Shown here: one piece after another, positions 27,487-41,500 of the stretch
How the letters are laid out: the number at the start of each line of letters is the position of its first letter
Position numbering within the stretch: the stretch's first letter is position 1
Source: Hormiphora californensis
Lineage: Eukaryota; Animalia; Ctenophora
DNA: 64,000 nucleotides
NCBI GenBank assembly: GCA_020137815.1
Contig: CM035358.1
Location: 5,518,001 to 5,582,000 of the forward strand
Reading direction: 5' to 3'
The notes under the pieces: generated by a model
What the model saw: the letters and a program-made list of their open reading frames with translations, nothing else
Told to the model about the DNA's origin: nothing
The model's database searches: none
Made by a program: the position numbers and the translations under genes

Positions 27487-29043
27487 CAAGGTGGCCCATA
27501 AATTATGATAGCGGGGAACGAGCCGTACCTCCGAAACGGTGATAGTTGTGCAAAAACAAACTACGGGAACATGCTGGAACAATTCCTGGACGACTTTTTG
27601 CAAATTATGAAATTTTTAATCAAAAGTTCATTTTTCATTCATGAACGTTCTACTGGTTCATTAATGAATTAAGGACTCTAATTTACCGAGAGTTAGGCAT
27701 TTTGTTTGGGTTGAATTTATCTTTCCAATGAGCACCATAAACATCAAATTGAAGCACCAGGTCACATGGCAGTTGAGAAAATGCACATTCATGATTTTGG
27801 CTCTTCCTGCGACTTTCAATCGGCTGTATCACGGCTAACTTTTGTTCAATCGTTTTAAAAATTTGGGAGAACATCGGAAAAGCAAAGATCTTTCCTCACA
27901 AGAAAAATCAGGGTAAAAACTCAAAGTTCATTTTCAAGTGTTGGTAGTTCATTCCACTCCTTCAGGAACCAACATCCCTAAAGTGATGAAAAGTGATGGT
28001 TTTTGTTTGGCCCATACCCTGCAATGATAGAGAGGTGTAAAATTACGTTTCCGGGCTAGTTAGTGGGTTTCCATGTGATCATGATGATATCTGACACCTT
28101 TTCTGAGCCATAATTAAGGGATTTTCTCAAATTCAAGCATGTGATTTGAGTTTTTGCGATTGGTATCGTGCAGCAATGTTGAGAGATCTCATAGCACCTC
28201 AAAAATGATGATTAGTTGAATGAAATGAGTTGATTTATGATTTAAAATTATCGTTTAGTTCATTTTTACGTCTGTTTTAATCTTTTCTATCATAAATCAA
28301 CTCCTTTCATTGAACTAATCATCATTTTTGAGGTGCTATGAGATCTCTCAACATTGCTGCACGATACCAATCGCAAAAACTCAAATCACATGCTTGAATT
28401 TGAGAAAATCCCTTAATTATGGCTCAGAAAAGGTATCAGATATCATCATGATCACATGGACACCCACTAACTAGCCTGGAAACGTAATTTTACACCTCTC
28501 TATCATTGCAGGGTATGTGCCAAACAAAAACCATCACTTTTCATCACTTTAGGGATGTTGGTTCCTGAAGGAGTGGAATGAACTACCAACACTTGAAAAT
28601 GAACTTTGAGTTTTGACCCTGATTTTTCTTGTGAGGAAAGATCTTTGATTATCCGATGTTCTCCCAAATTTTTAAAACGATTGAACAAAAGGTAGCCGTG
28701 ATACAGCCGATTGAAAGTCGCAGGAAGAGCCAAAATCATGAATGTGCATTTTCTCAACTGCCATGTGACCTGGTGCTTCAATTTGATTTTTATGGTGCTC
28801 ATTGGAAAGATAAATTCAACCCAAACAAAATGCCTAACTCTCGGTAAATTAGAGTCCTTAATTCATTAATGAACGTGTAGAAAGTTCATGAATGAAAAAT
28901 GAACTTTTGAATAAAAATTTCATAATTTGCAAAAAGTCGTCCAGGAATTGTTCCAGCATGTTCCCGTAGTTTGTTTTTGCACAACTATCACCGTTTCGGA
29001 GGTACGGCTCGTCCCCCGCTATCATAATTTATGGGCCACCTTG
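27487..29043. mobile_element. 1557-bp palindromic foldback element with TA TSD (Tc1/mariner-like)
   Basis: TA|CAAGGTGGCCCATAAATT...AATTTATGGGCCACCTTG|TA; arms pair to ~28240/28290. Confidence 0.92.
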
Positions 29044-29394
29044 TAGAAAAAGGAGAGAGAATCTTACACATATTTCAGTTGATGAGCACAAATTCGTTAT
29101 TATTAAAGTATATTATTTAGTGGCATGAATGCCATTACTTATCAATACATTAAAAACTTAAGAACTGAGAGCTGATGTGAGAGAAGTTTACGTAACGCGC
29201 GAAAAATAACTTTTGCTACTACGCGGCTTCAAAATGAGCGCCGTTGTTAAAACACGCCGCGCACAAAAATTTACGTTCGGGTTCGCGTTGCTTGCTCCAT
29301 TTGGCATGCGCTGCAGACCTTGGCATGCGCTGTTGGCATGCGCTGCAGACCCCAAGTGCGCGCGTTTTCCACGGCTTCTATTTAAGGGCATAAT

Positions 29395-29970
29395 GTCGGA
29401 TTTTTTGAAACTGTCACCCCCCTGAAATAACAAAATTTGCCATATCTCCGGTTCCTGATAAGATAGAGACTTGAAATTTGGAGGTTCGGAAGAACTTAGC
29501 AAGATCTTCGTAACCTCCAAATTTCAAGTCTCTATCTCGTCAGGAACCGGATTTATGGTCATTTACGAAGTTTGAAAATACCCAGGGGGGTGACAGTTTC
29601 AAAAAATCCGACTTTAGGCCAATTGCTCCATCTGCTTTTTTTTTGTTTTTGTGCAAGTTTTTAAAAATTTGCTTCAAATATCTGTACTTTGAGGCGAAAT
29701 CATCTTATGCTCCTTAAAATCTCATTCGGAAATGTGTCATTGATGTAAAGTCGGATTTTTTGAAACTGTCACCCCCCTGAAATAACAAAATTTGCCATAT
29801 CTCCGGTTCCTGATAAGATAGAGACTTGAAATTTGGAGGTTCGGAAGAACTTAGCAAGATCTTCGTAACCTCCAAATTTCAAGTCTCTATCTCGTCAGGA
29901 ACCGGATTTATGGTCATTTACGAAGTTTGAAAATACCCAGGGGGGTGACAGTTTCAAAAAATCCGACTTT
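29395..29970. repeat. Two direct copies of a ~220-bp internally palindromic unit
   Basis: gtcggattttttgaaactgtcaccccc...gggggtgacagtttcaaaaaatccgac at ~29395-29615 and ~29750-29970, essentially identical. Confidence 0.85.
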
Positions 29971-30288
29971 ACTTTACATTTCCTACCATCGTGACTAGCC
30001 GTGAAATTAGTTGCCACCTACCAAAATCATTTCTCCGTGCACCACTGTGAACTGTCTCACGACGCCGACCCGATCTTAGGCCTTAGCAGGGAGTTAACTG
30101 ACTAACTGTCATGGGATGAGGTGCCGTCAGACAGGATTTTCAGCAACAGTATTTTCAGCAACCAACTTGTTCTCTGATAATCAAAACATCGTTTAAAACA
30201 TTCGAAATAGTGCGGCGAGCATATATCTGATGGGTAAAAGAAACGCAGTACAAAATAAGTTTGTGATCATACTTCTCTCGGAGTCCTC

Positions 30289-33200
30289 TCAGAGTTCTCT
30301 CAGAGTGTTGATATTCCGATACACCTGATAAACCTCCTTGTTGACCTGAAGGGCGAGAACCACCGCTGCGGCAAACATTGCCAGGGCCACAACGAGAAAC
30401 ACAAATCCCCAACCCCACGTGGTATACTGGAGAATAATGGCACCGAATAATGGTCCAGAGATGGCACCTACAGAGCCAACACCGTCAATGATACCTGCGT
30501 GGTAAAACGAAGGATTTGAGAATTGAGCACGGAAATGGTATAGTGCAATGAAAGAAGTGAATTATAGAAAGTTGGAAAATCTACCAACCTGTGTTTATTT
30601 ATTTATTTACCTGTCGCCATTCCCACAAGTTTGGTGTTGCCCCCTGCACTCTCACGACCTATCCTATTGATCACACTGGGCATGCAGGCACTGCTCAGGG
30701 AGTAGGGAGCCAGTTGGGTAACACCAACCGCAAATACAATCACTGAAACAGGATTGATTATTGAACCTTGAATATAAAGCTGTATTACGGCCCACTTACA
30801 GATTGGAATCCTGACATCAGGAACCTGATGGCTCGTGCCCACCCCCTACGCTGTATAGCGTGGTAAACCACGTGAAGCAGCCGCGCGACCCAACTTTGCA
30901 TGTGAAATAAGTAGAGAGTTGCGACGCACGCATTGTTAGCATAGGGGGTGTGCACAAGCCATCAGGTTCCCGATGCCAGGATTCCAATTTGTAGCTGGTC
31001 CCTGACGGATTGTACTCTAATTAGTTTAGAATCATAGACTTGACCTCTCTTAACCGGTCGGAAAACACCGTCAAATGGTAACTATAGCTCCGTGGTCAAC
31101 AATTAAACTTACGCAAGAAGACAGCGATAACACTAGACTGATAAGTACTGTAGGAGTATAAAACTAGGATTATAACACCAGCCGCCAAAGAATAGAGACT
31201 GGAGTAGACACCGTACAGGGTTTGTAGATAAACGCACCACCCAATCAAGAGGGTACCTGGCAAAAGGGAATTGTGGTATATGGTTGATTTCATTATCCTA
31301 TAAATATCATTCAGTAATACCCATGTCCAACAAACACATATGCTTCATTTGCCTAGCTAGACTGTGTTTCGTGCCCCCCCCCCCCCCCCCGAAACACAAA
31401 TGTAAACTAAGGGAAGGTTAGAGCATAACAATGCTGCATTACTTACCCACTATACCGCCAGCACCCCACAGTGCTGTGTAATAACACGCATAAACATAAG
31501 TGATGGCCTTGCCGCCGATGGTCACTGAAACGAACCATGTCGGGATCCAGTAGTAGAAAATGTAAACACCTAGGGGATAGTTCTCGGGTAATGCTAAACT
31601 GATGTATGTACTGTGAAGTGTGAACCTGGTAGATTGTCTAGTAGACATTGTCTACTCTCATCTGGTTTCAGGTAGTGGTCTAGAAAATGATTAAAAACGG
31701 TGAACTTACTCAATTTAACAAAGAACAAATGAACCGAGTAATCGATAATTCCAGGCATCTTTAATGCTTGCCAGAACACTTCTCGTTGTGTTATGGGCAT
31801 TTCCACAGTATTTAGATCTTTGCTTGGCTTTCCAGGTCCAGCTAGAATTGGTGTAGCTTCTGATAGGGTAGAAGTTTTTGTTACAATCTCGTGCTGGCAT
31901 GGCAATAGTTATCCAATATCTACCATGTAATGCATCAAGCTGACCACTGGTCGTAATTGGCAATACCAATTTGGCATGGTAATTGGTCAGGCTTGTGCTT
32001 ACAGTCCAGTGTCAAAATCTCATCTCCCATTTGCAAAAATAGCACGCTTGCTATGTTTTTCTCCCTCAATTCAACTAACCATCCTCACTTGGGTTACCAA
32101 GTTAGACTGTTATTCGCACACCCCAAAATAAAAGAGTTGAACAAAACAACACTTGGGCACGCAAAAATCCTCACCTTCAATGTTTGATACAGTAGGAGGT
32201 AGATTTGGTAAGAAGAATGCATCCACGATACCAATTGCTATGACGACACAACCACAATAGATAAACGCATAGCCCCATGTGTCGAAGGAGAGGCTAAAGC
32301 TTGAGATAAGTGACCCCACGACAATTCCTATGAAATAGATTGTTGATTAACATTTTCAATTGGACTAAATTTTAGGGGGTATCAACAGACAGTTATGTAC
32401 ATCTAACTCATCAAAAAGTACATACAGTGTACATGAAAACCTACGAGCTTAAGGGTACACCTGGCGTTTTTCATCATCGAGTGCCCAACCAAATGACTTC
32501 ACCAGGGTTTAGGCCATACAAAATGGACCTCAAATATGCAATTTTAGCCCTAAATTCGAATTCATATTTTTGCTACAGCCTATTTTCAAAGTGGCATTTT
32601 TTCAATTTTTGTTAGAATTTTTAACCTCAGGACCACTTTTTTTGAGCTAGAAACATTAAATTCTTGGAATTTGAAGAAAATATAAAGGTGAATTAGCCCA
32701 AAGAAGGATTTTTGAAATGAAGCTTGTTTCTGGCCATGAGAACGGTTTATTATTTTGCTTCTTTGACATGCTGGCTGAGAATGTTCCCATGCTTCATTAG
32801 AGATGAAAATCTGGAAATAGTTGCTCAAAACGATTATCTATGTGGCCCAAAAATTTTGGAACTTTCCCGCCAAAGATGTGGTGTACAGAGCTTGTTTTGT
32901 GAAACCCGTCTTTTTGAAAAAGAGGGAAATTCCCTGTATCTCAAAAACGGATGATCGTAGAGACCTGCGACCAAGCTTAATCGATTCAGAAGGTCCGATT
33001 TTGGGGGGGGGGGGGGGGTCTTCTGAGAGACATTTTGCTCCTACTCCAACCGTTTTTGCTGTAATTGCGAAAAACCTATTCTATGAAAAGGGGGAACAAC
33101 TCTATTCCAGTAGCCTGCTTCGGGCCACATAGATAATCGTTTTGAGCAACTATTTCCAGATTTTCATCTCTAATGAAGCATGGAAACATTCTCAGCCAGC

Positions 33201-35516
33201 GTGTCAAAGAAGCAAAAAAATAAACCGTTCTCATGGCCAGAAACAAGCTTCATTTCAAAAATCCTTCTTTGGGCTTATTCACCTTTATATTCTCTTCAAA
33301 TTCCAAGAATTTAATGTTTCTAGCTCAAAAAAGTGGTCCTGAGGTTAAAAATTCCAACAAAAATTGAAAAAACGCCACTTTGAAAATAGGCTGTAGCAAA
33401 AATATGAATTCGAATTTAGGGCTAAAATTGCATTATATTTGAGGTCCATTTTGTATGGCCTAAACCCTGGTGAAGTCATTTGGTTGGGCACTCGATGATG
33501 AAAAACGCCAGGTGTACCCTTAAAACCGTGAATGAACTGTTTACTCACCAAGGAATTTGCACGTTGCATACGCAGTAAGAATAAAATCCCTCTTATCTTC
33601 GTTACAGAAATGGTGGTCCAGCATTTTGATGAGGGGTGGCCAACCGAACGCCTCAGCGAAGCCGTTTAGAATTCGTAGTACTACAAAGTACCTTGGGTGG
33701 TGGATATATAAGTTAAAGCAGTTTATGTAAATAAGAAAGTGTAAATCTTTACTTAAATCTTCCTTTCAATCTAAACTTTCAAATTTCATTCATACAGTCA
33801 GAGTTGTTTTGTCCATTCGGGGCTCGTTGAGACAGTGTCGATCACGGTAAACTGTCAGGCACTAATTCAGCTTCATTGGACTACTATAGTCCTGGTTCCT
33901 GGCAAATTTAACTACCTATACGACTCAGTGTGTTCAGGGGGTTGGACTCACCAATAGTTATGTATGTTCCAAAAGTTTGCCATTCCATAAAGTATAGTAG
34001 TGACCCCTGCACCGATTGACCCGGCTACAACTATGTGCAATGAGTCGTATATCTCACATAGGTATCCAACTACCATGATTCCTATTGCGTACGCCGCTGA
34101 AGGAGAAGACTTTATCTAATCTAGAGCTACCTGATCGAGTCTTAATTCGGAACAGCTAGCTTATAATTCATAATTATTCTCGTCAAATTAAACTTAAAGT
34201 ACTTCAAGTATTCTCGACAAACCAACTTCAAGTACTCACTGAGGGAGAGTGTATCCAATATTCCCAGCAGAAGCCATCCATTCTCCCCATTAAAGGGCTC
34301 CCACGTGGCCATGAGGGTCGATTTTACGAGGCTGTAGGGCTCTCTCGACACATAGAAGCCAAAGTAGGTGATGTACGCTAACGTGTAGACACGTACCTGT
34401 ATAAACAAGGGGAGGGTTACACACTCACAAAATTGAAAATGCCATGAAAGTTGAAAGATTTATGGTTTTTATTGATAACAACGAACCAGCATGAGCATGG
34501 CCTCGGATTGCCTTGCTCGACCCTGTTTCACCGTGCCCCGCAGTCCGCACGGCCTCTTTTACAAATGTAACACAACAAGCCTCGAACAGTTCATACACTT
34601 CAGTTTATCAAAGGAAAGGTACAAGATGGGTGTTTGGTGACGCAGCCACCCTTACAACTCGCACGTGTAGCGGGCTGAGTTGTAAGAGAGGTGACGGCGC
34701 CACCATAGGTATGTTTTCTTCAACTTAAATGCTAGTACATGCTTAAGTTATAAATACAGTGTGCTATGCTGCAAGACAAACAATATCCACATTAGCCGAT
34801 GAGGTAGAGTAGAGAATAGTTCTCAGAAATGGTGGGTGTGAGAGACTGGAAGATTGCTTTACACACGTGTGTGAAAGAGACTCTGAAAAAGAGAAAGATG
34901 TAGTAAAGTGAGAAGTGATCTACTAGTGGTCCCTAATCACACGGAAACGAGCCTGATGAAATGAGAGAGGCCCTCACTACGTAGTGTGTGTAAACCACTT
35001 CAGATCTCTATGTATATTGTTCCAAGATAGTAGGACTAGGAAGACACGCCCAACCTTCAAGGTTCACAGTTCTGCCTTGTTGAGTAAGGCCAAGGGGTAC
35101 CAGTAACTTATGACAATTTGATGAAGCCGACTTTTGGTAGAAATCAGTTTAACAGTTTTGGGCAAGGCGTCTTGTTTTAGGGAAGGCATCTGGTTTTAAG
35201 AAAGGCATCTGGTTGAAGGCGTGCTATGAAATATTCGGTGGAAAAACAACAAATAACACAGACACACGTCGTATGAGGCTGTCAATCCTGTGGATAATTA
35301 AATGCACACTAATATGTCGTAACGTCTCTGATACTCTGTAACTTATCTCTCTCAGTCACTCTCTCTCAGTCACTCTCCAGGATGTATGAAAACAAAGCTA
35401 TGTTAGCTGCAATCTAGCTCTTGCGAATGGCATGGACAATAGAAAAAGCAATAAAGTATAACTAAGCATCTTGAAGTATATCATAAAATATAACAAACCT
35501 GCAATTGAGTTGGCAT
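30289..35516 (-). CDS. SLC37A: MFS sugar-phosphate/glycerol-3-phosphate exchanger, SLC37 family (~456 aa)
   Basis: Exons 35516-35499 (least certain), 34396-34240, 34096-33952, 33691-33549, 32327-32175, 31859-31710, 31569-31447, 31256-31113, 30742-30611, 30494-30289; phases consistent. Motifs SREPYSLVKS, WEPF, GWP, ALKMPG, FYYWIP, GIIDGVGSVGA. Confidence 0.88.
30799..30991. mobile_element. Intronic MITE with TA TSD
   Basis: TA|CAGATTGGAATCCTG...CAGGATTCCAATTTG|TA; ~40-bp imperfect TIRs. Confidence 0.75.
32453..33519. mobile_element. TTAA palindromic element, copy 3 (internally deleted), in an SLC37 intron
   Basis: Same termini and TTAA; right arm lacks ~250 bp, junction cttcGGGCcacatag at ~33122. 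Confidence 0.9.
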
Positions 35517-36691
35517 CCTAGTGTCCTCAGCGAATGATAAACAACTCTACATTATAAATCTGGGCAGCAGATACTGTATAAGGATAGCAAGCTTGAGCGG
35601 ACAAACATACACGATCAATGGAAATGTGCAAGCAAGTCAAAAAGATTTTTTATCGTGTAACAGTTTGTACTCTGTACTTCCGATTGAATATTAGCATAAT
35701 AATTTTAGCTTTATATTATAGAACGCAACAAGCTGTGTTTATATACTACAATTTGGTACAACATGCTTGTGTCCCAGTGCTGTACAAGAATTGCGACCGA
35801 TATGTCGCAAGACTGGTCTATTAGAAAAAGGAAGGGTAAGCTGGTATTGATATTGTCTTTCATAGAAAAAGGGAGTTAGAATAGTGAGGCGTGATTTATA
35901 AAGTTAAGGCAAATGAATACATGTGTACAAATACCGCTGTACAAGAACAAAAAAAACAAAACAATGATACTGTTCAAATGAAATAAATTGTGTGATTTCT
36001 TCTGAGTAGATTCACATGGTGACTAAATAATTTGAAAATCAGGATTTGAGTAGCTGAAATGTTGTAACAGAAAGTTGTAACAAAACAGCAATGAACAGTG
36101 GCCAGCTGGGGAGTGGCGACAAAATTGAGACCGGAAAGTATTTGTTTTGTGGTCACTATTCTGTGGTTGCTTAGTATCGATTATCTGTCTAGAAGGCAGC
36201 TGTTCTAGAGATGATCTAAGCATGCTACGCTATAACTATTATATATAAGTACACTGTTCATGATAAACATAAAATATTAATAGAGAGCTAGAGGGCGACG
36301 GTTCGAGTCCAGGCGCCTGATGCGGCGACAAGTTCGAAATATGAGGGAAGTGTATTGATATTCAGAGAAGAGGATTATTTTTGTTGATTCAGAGGACAGA
36401 GATTACCAAGAATACCAAGCTATTTACTTTTCCTGACTGCTTTCTTTCTCGGACAAAGAAGAGAAGTAATAGTGTCTGACTGCATGTGGTCTGTACTGGA
36501 ATTTTTCAGGGAAGAAAAGAATTCAGCGACGTTGAAATCTCTAGGAGATTCGTGGAATATATAAACATTTACTCATACAAGAGAGCGTGAGATCGAATGA
36601 TATTCACTAGTTACGTCTCGTCAGACATCAACTTTGTAGACTTAAGCTGGGCCCGGTGAATAACGAATAATCCTCAGGTGCAACTTTAGAG

Positions 36692-36783
36692 CAGGAACCG
36701 ACCGAATTAAGTAAATACCAATCAGAACTCGGTATTTAGGTCACGTGACTGATTATCAACCAATCAGGGGCCAGTATTTCCTG
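36692..36783. mobile_element. hAT-type MITE (CAGGAACC family), copy 2
   Basis: CAGGAA...TTCCTG flanked by a perfect 8-bp TSD CTTTAGAG. Confidence 0.85.
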
Positions 36784-37067
36784 CTTTAGAGTCGGCACAG
36801 ACTGATCGTGTACTGGTCAAGATCTTGATCAACTCACACAGACTACGCAGTACACACTGAGTAGTACACAGGTAAGGTGAGAATCCTTGCTACGCCTTTT
36901 ATAGTTTGGGCCGGGGCTTATGTCTCCCTTCAAAAGGAGCATTAGTGTCTAAAGACTGCAGTATGCGGAGAACTATACCTGGAAGTCAGTGGAGTTGGTC
37001 TCGAGCATGGTCCCGTAGTGTCCCCAGCAACGGAGATGTCCCCTGGGCGACCAAGCTGGCACCAGGT

Positions 37068-38017
37068 CTCCTCCCTCTAGAGCAAGGATTCAGTGAGTAC
37101 CCCTCACAGGAACACTGGCAATAGAGGGGGGGGCCAGGAGCCACAAGTGAAGCCAGGGGGACAGATCTGAGGCAGGTGCACGCTGCGGGGCCGGTGAGAG
37201 GCTGACCCCCACAGGCATACCAACAACTATACCTGGAAGTCAGTGGAGTTGGTCTCGAGCATGGTCCCGTAGTGTCCCCAGCAACGGAGATGTTCCCTCA
37301 GGCCTCCAAGTGGGCACCAGGTCTCCTCCCTCTAGAGCAAGGATTCAGTGAGTACCCCTCACAGGAACACTGGCAATAGAGGGGGGGCCAGGAGCCCCAA
37401 GAGAGGCCAGAGGGGACAAATCTGAGGCAGGGGCGTACTGTAGGGCCGGTGAGAGACAGACCACCACTGCAGGCACTCCACAAACCGACACTGTGGGCGT
37501 GGCCAGTGGAGATGGCCCCGGGACGAGGCCCAGTGGCGGCACCTGCGCAGAGAAGGCACCCTCAGGCGACCAAGTGGGATACCAGGACTCCGTGAGAGAT
37601 CAGGTACCCCCAGTGACGCCAGTGGGAGCAATCTTGGCGCGGGAGCATACCACGGGGTCAGTCCAGGGAACCGTCAACACAGGTACACGCCCAAAACCCA
37701 TTAAAACAATATAGTTATGGCTAGAGCAAGGATCCAGTGAGAATCTCTCACAGGAACACTGGCAATAGACTCAACTAAAACTAACGACTAGAGCAAGAAT
37801 TCAGTGAGAATCTCTCACAGGAACGCTGGCAATAGTCATGACCAAAACCAACGTCACCCGGTACACAACAAGGATCCAATGTGAAGTTACATTCACATAG
37901 GAACACTGGTTGCTACCGGAATGACAAAACCACCCCCTCTTGGCCAGTAACAAGGATCCAGAGTAATGCCACCCAGTGGTACACGCTCGTGGAACACTAG
38001 TTACAAACCAAACGAGG
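37068..38017 (+). ncRNA. Array of six copies of a conserved structured RNA motif in the LINE 5' UTR (function unknown)
   Basis: Near-invariant CAAGGAUYCA and GGAACACUG strands, with covarying closing stem and inner hairpin in each copy. Confidence 0.65.
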
Positions 38018-38507
38018 TAGAACCAATAGTGAATTATCACGACAGGAGGGTTCGTGCAGTAACGCGCCATGACCGCCCTACTACCAAATAGGATTGGTTA
38101 TGGCGCTAGCTGAGCGCGCACTACATTGATAACACCATGTCACCTTGTCTGATCCTCTCCTCTATCTCTCTAACCTGTCCCCTCCTCCAGAGGGGAGAGC
38201 AATAAAGAGTGAAGGAGGAGAAGGATAAGGAGAAGGCACGATCTCTCAAGCTTTAGCTCTATACCGGTCTCTACACATCTCAACACCACCATCCCCGCTA
38301 TCTGCCCCATGGGAAGATAGTGGGAAGGAGGAGTAGAAATATGGTAGCCACCGGACAGTCAGTATTACTACTTATACTTTTAGGCTGTAGGGGTGATTTA
38401 CTGTCGTCCCCCAGGTCACGGAGCCTTAATACCATGACCATGAGGCAGTTCATATTTCCATTTTATGTTAGGGCATTTCATTACTGCTCCTGCTCCCACC
38501 GTATTCT

Positions 38508-41500
38508 ATGGGTGATCATTGTTTCTCATTTATTTCCACTCCGAGTGAGAACTCTCACTCTACTCAACATCAAGATACAGGTGGAGCACTCTCCCCACAA
38601 CCTCAAACACAACCCCTCCGTTCAGCCCAAAACCCACTTAAGAATTCCGTCCACAACGGAAACGCTAAAGCAGGTAATGGCGCTCATAATGGAAACCCAG
38701 CCCAAATCCTAATTAAGAATTCCGTCCAAAACGGAAACGCTGAAGCAGGAAATGGTGCTCGGAAAGGGAAAACAACACAAAATCGTCTAGCCCGCAAACC
38801 GAAAGAGAATTCCGCCCCAACCGGAAACGCTCAAAAGGGAAACGGTGCAAAAACGGTAGAAACAAATCCTCCGCCAAAGACTTCCTCTGACACCCGGAAA
38901 CGGGGACAGATTAGGGTGACTCAAATCAACCTAAACAAAAGTCCTGACGCGTGGGATGACATCATATCCTCAAAACTAACCCAATCCGAAGTGATTCTGG
39001 TCCAAGAACCACCTTTGATTGGAAAACAAAAGAGAATAAAATCTAGCAATGGGTACACGGCGGTCTATGACAAGACCGCTGAAAGGCCCAGAGCAGGGAT
39101 TATGATTCACAAAAACATATCTAAGCATGTGTTCCTCCTAAACAGTCTAACTGATGGAGACACAGTCACAATTCTCCTGAAATTGGGAAATAAGGCCTCT
39201 ATTCTCAGCTCCATTTATATGGGCAGAGGAATGGAATGCCCTCCTCCTAAGTTCAAAGAGATAGTTGATTACGCAAAGATAAACAACCACGCCCTAGTCC
39301 TAGGATCAGACGTAAATGCCCACAGCACAGCCTGGGGGAGTGTACGATTCGATCCAGAAGGAACAACTAGAGGTGAAGCTCTCCTAGACAAAATAATACA
39401 AGAAGATTTGCATATCTCGAATGTAAATAATGCAATAACGTTTGATAATGGCAGATGGGAGAACGTAATCGACCTAACCATAACAAACAACTCAGCAGTC
39501 GACTCTATAAGAGAATGGCAAACCATCAAAGGAGCATGTCGGTCAGACCACGTCCCCATCACATTCGTTATGGGCGACATGGACGGCAGAGACATTCGCA
39601 CCTTTCAAAACATAAAGAAAACAAATTGGGGCCAATATCGTGATATAGCAATCAGTGAAATGGAGAAAAGTAAAACTCTAAATTCAGAAATCAATACGAT
39701 GGAAGAATTAGAAGAGGCTACCAAAACCATAACTGAAATCATGATAACGGCATACCAAAAAACCACTCCGACAACATACGTTTCATCTCAAATTAAAGAC
39801 CCGCCGTGGCTCACGGAGGAGGTCGAAAAGGCGAGACTAGAAATGCTAGAAAAACTAGAGATAGCTCAAGACACCAAAATGCAAAAAGACTGGGCCCTTG
39901 CCAGAGCTGCTAGAAACAGCCACAGTAAGATACGAGTATATTCCAAGAGAAAATGCTGGAAAGCATGGACGGAAGAACTCGACGCCTTCTCTGATGCACA
40001 AAAAATAAGCCATGTCATTAAAACCAGTGAAGGTTGTAAACTGAACTGTGTAAACGACAAAGACGGCAACATAACAAGCTCTCCGAAGGAAACACTGCTA
40101 GCAATGGCAGACGTCCACTTCGGAGACCACAACATCACAAGACCATCAACCCAAGACTATGATAAGATTGGTCGCGGGAAATGGTCTAATGAAAGAACAT
40201 TCTCAACAACACGCATCATTAAAGCCCTACGCGAATTCAGGCCCCTAACCGCAGCGGGCCCGGATAGCATAAGGCCAATAATGATGCAGAAAATAGCCGA
40301 TACTTTTGCGAAATACTTCGCAAAAATCGTAACAGCATCGTATGAACTAGGAAAAACTCCAACACTATGGCAGGAAGCGGAAGCAATCTACCTACCCAAA
40401 CCAGGGAAAGGAGATTACCGCCAGCCAAAATCATTCCGAACGATAACCCTGGCATCCAACCTTCAGAAACTTGCTGAAAGGTTGGTGCTTTGGCACATCG
40501 AAGCGGATCAAAAAGTCCACAAAAAACTCAATAAATCCCAATACGGCTTCAAGAGGGGAGTCTCCACCGAGACAGCCCTCCACAAAGTAGTAAGGAAAAT
40601 TGAGAAGACCCTAATGAACCAAGGCATAGCGTTGGGCACTTTCCTCGATATCGAGGGAGCGTTCGACAACGTTGCCTTTAAAGCTATCGAAAGAGCACTC
40701 CACGCCAAACTCCGTGATAAACGGACAGTTGACTGGATAATGTTCACAATCACCAACCGAAAGGTAACAACAAAACTGCTGGGAGAATCGTTAACGATCA
40801 TGGTAACGAGAGGGTGCCCCCAAGGCGGCATACTCTCTCCATTCTTATGGAACCTAGTCATGGATGATCTCCTCAACCACAGTAAAAAGGAAATACCAGG
40901 TGACCTACAGGGATTCGCCGATGACCTAAGTCTCCTGGTAACAACAACAATGCCCCCTTCCAAGGCAGGCCCCTCGGTGGATATTCTTCCACTAAGGGAC
41001 GCTACTCAAAAGGGCTTGACGGCAATCAATAAGTGGTGCAAGACAGTGGGACTAAAGCTTAGTGCTCTAAAGTCCCATATTGTTATCTTCACCCATCGGC
41101 AAAACGTTAAAATCAATGACCCGATTAAAATCGGGGGAAACTCCATAAACACCGTGAGCTCCACCAAATTCCTTGGTCTTACCCTAGGACAGCAAGTTGA
41201 ATTGGAACGAGCACATAGTGAAACAAATAAAGAAATGCAAAAACATCCTAATGCAGTGTAGAAGAGTTGTAGGCCCCACGTGGGGACTTAACCCAAAGAC
41301 CGCATCCTGGATATACACAACAATAGTCCGACCAGCTCTTTCCTATGGAGCAATGGTATGGGCAAACGCCATGCTTACAAAAACCAACCAAGACAATATG
41401 ATCAAACTCCAAAGAATGGCGCTTAAGATGGTTACGGGGGCCCTCCCCACGACCCCAGCGTCAGCATTGGACAAGATTACAAACACGACACCAATAACAG

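Noticed and set aside
36285-36320. tRNA-like GGTTCGAGTCC B-box
   Set aside because: The T-stem does not pair fully and no D-arm, anticodon arm or acceptor stem is evident
36871-36880. CAG|GTAAGG as the donor of a PCTP 5' UTR exon
   Set aside because: The GT begins exactly at the LINE 5' end after the TSD, so it is created by the insertion; cryptic use cannot be excluded
37068-38017. CRISPR array or hammerhead/HDV ribozyme reading of the LINE 5' repeats
   Set aside because: The variable parts are base-paired stems rather than spacers; no CUGAUGA/GAAA core or HDV nested pseudoknot could be fitted by eye
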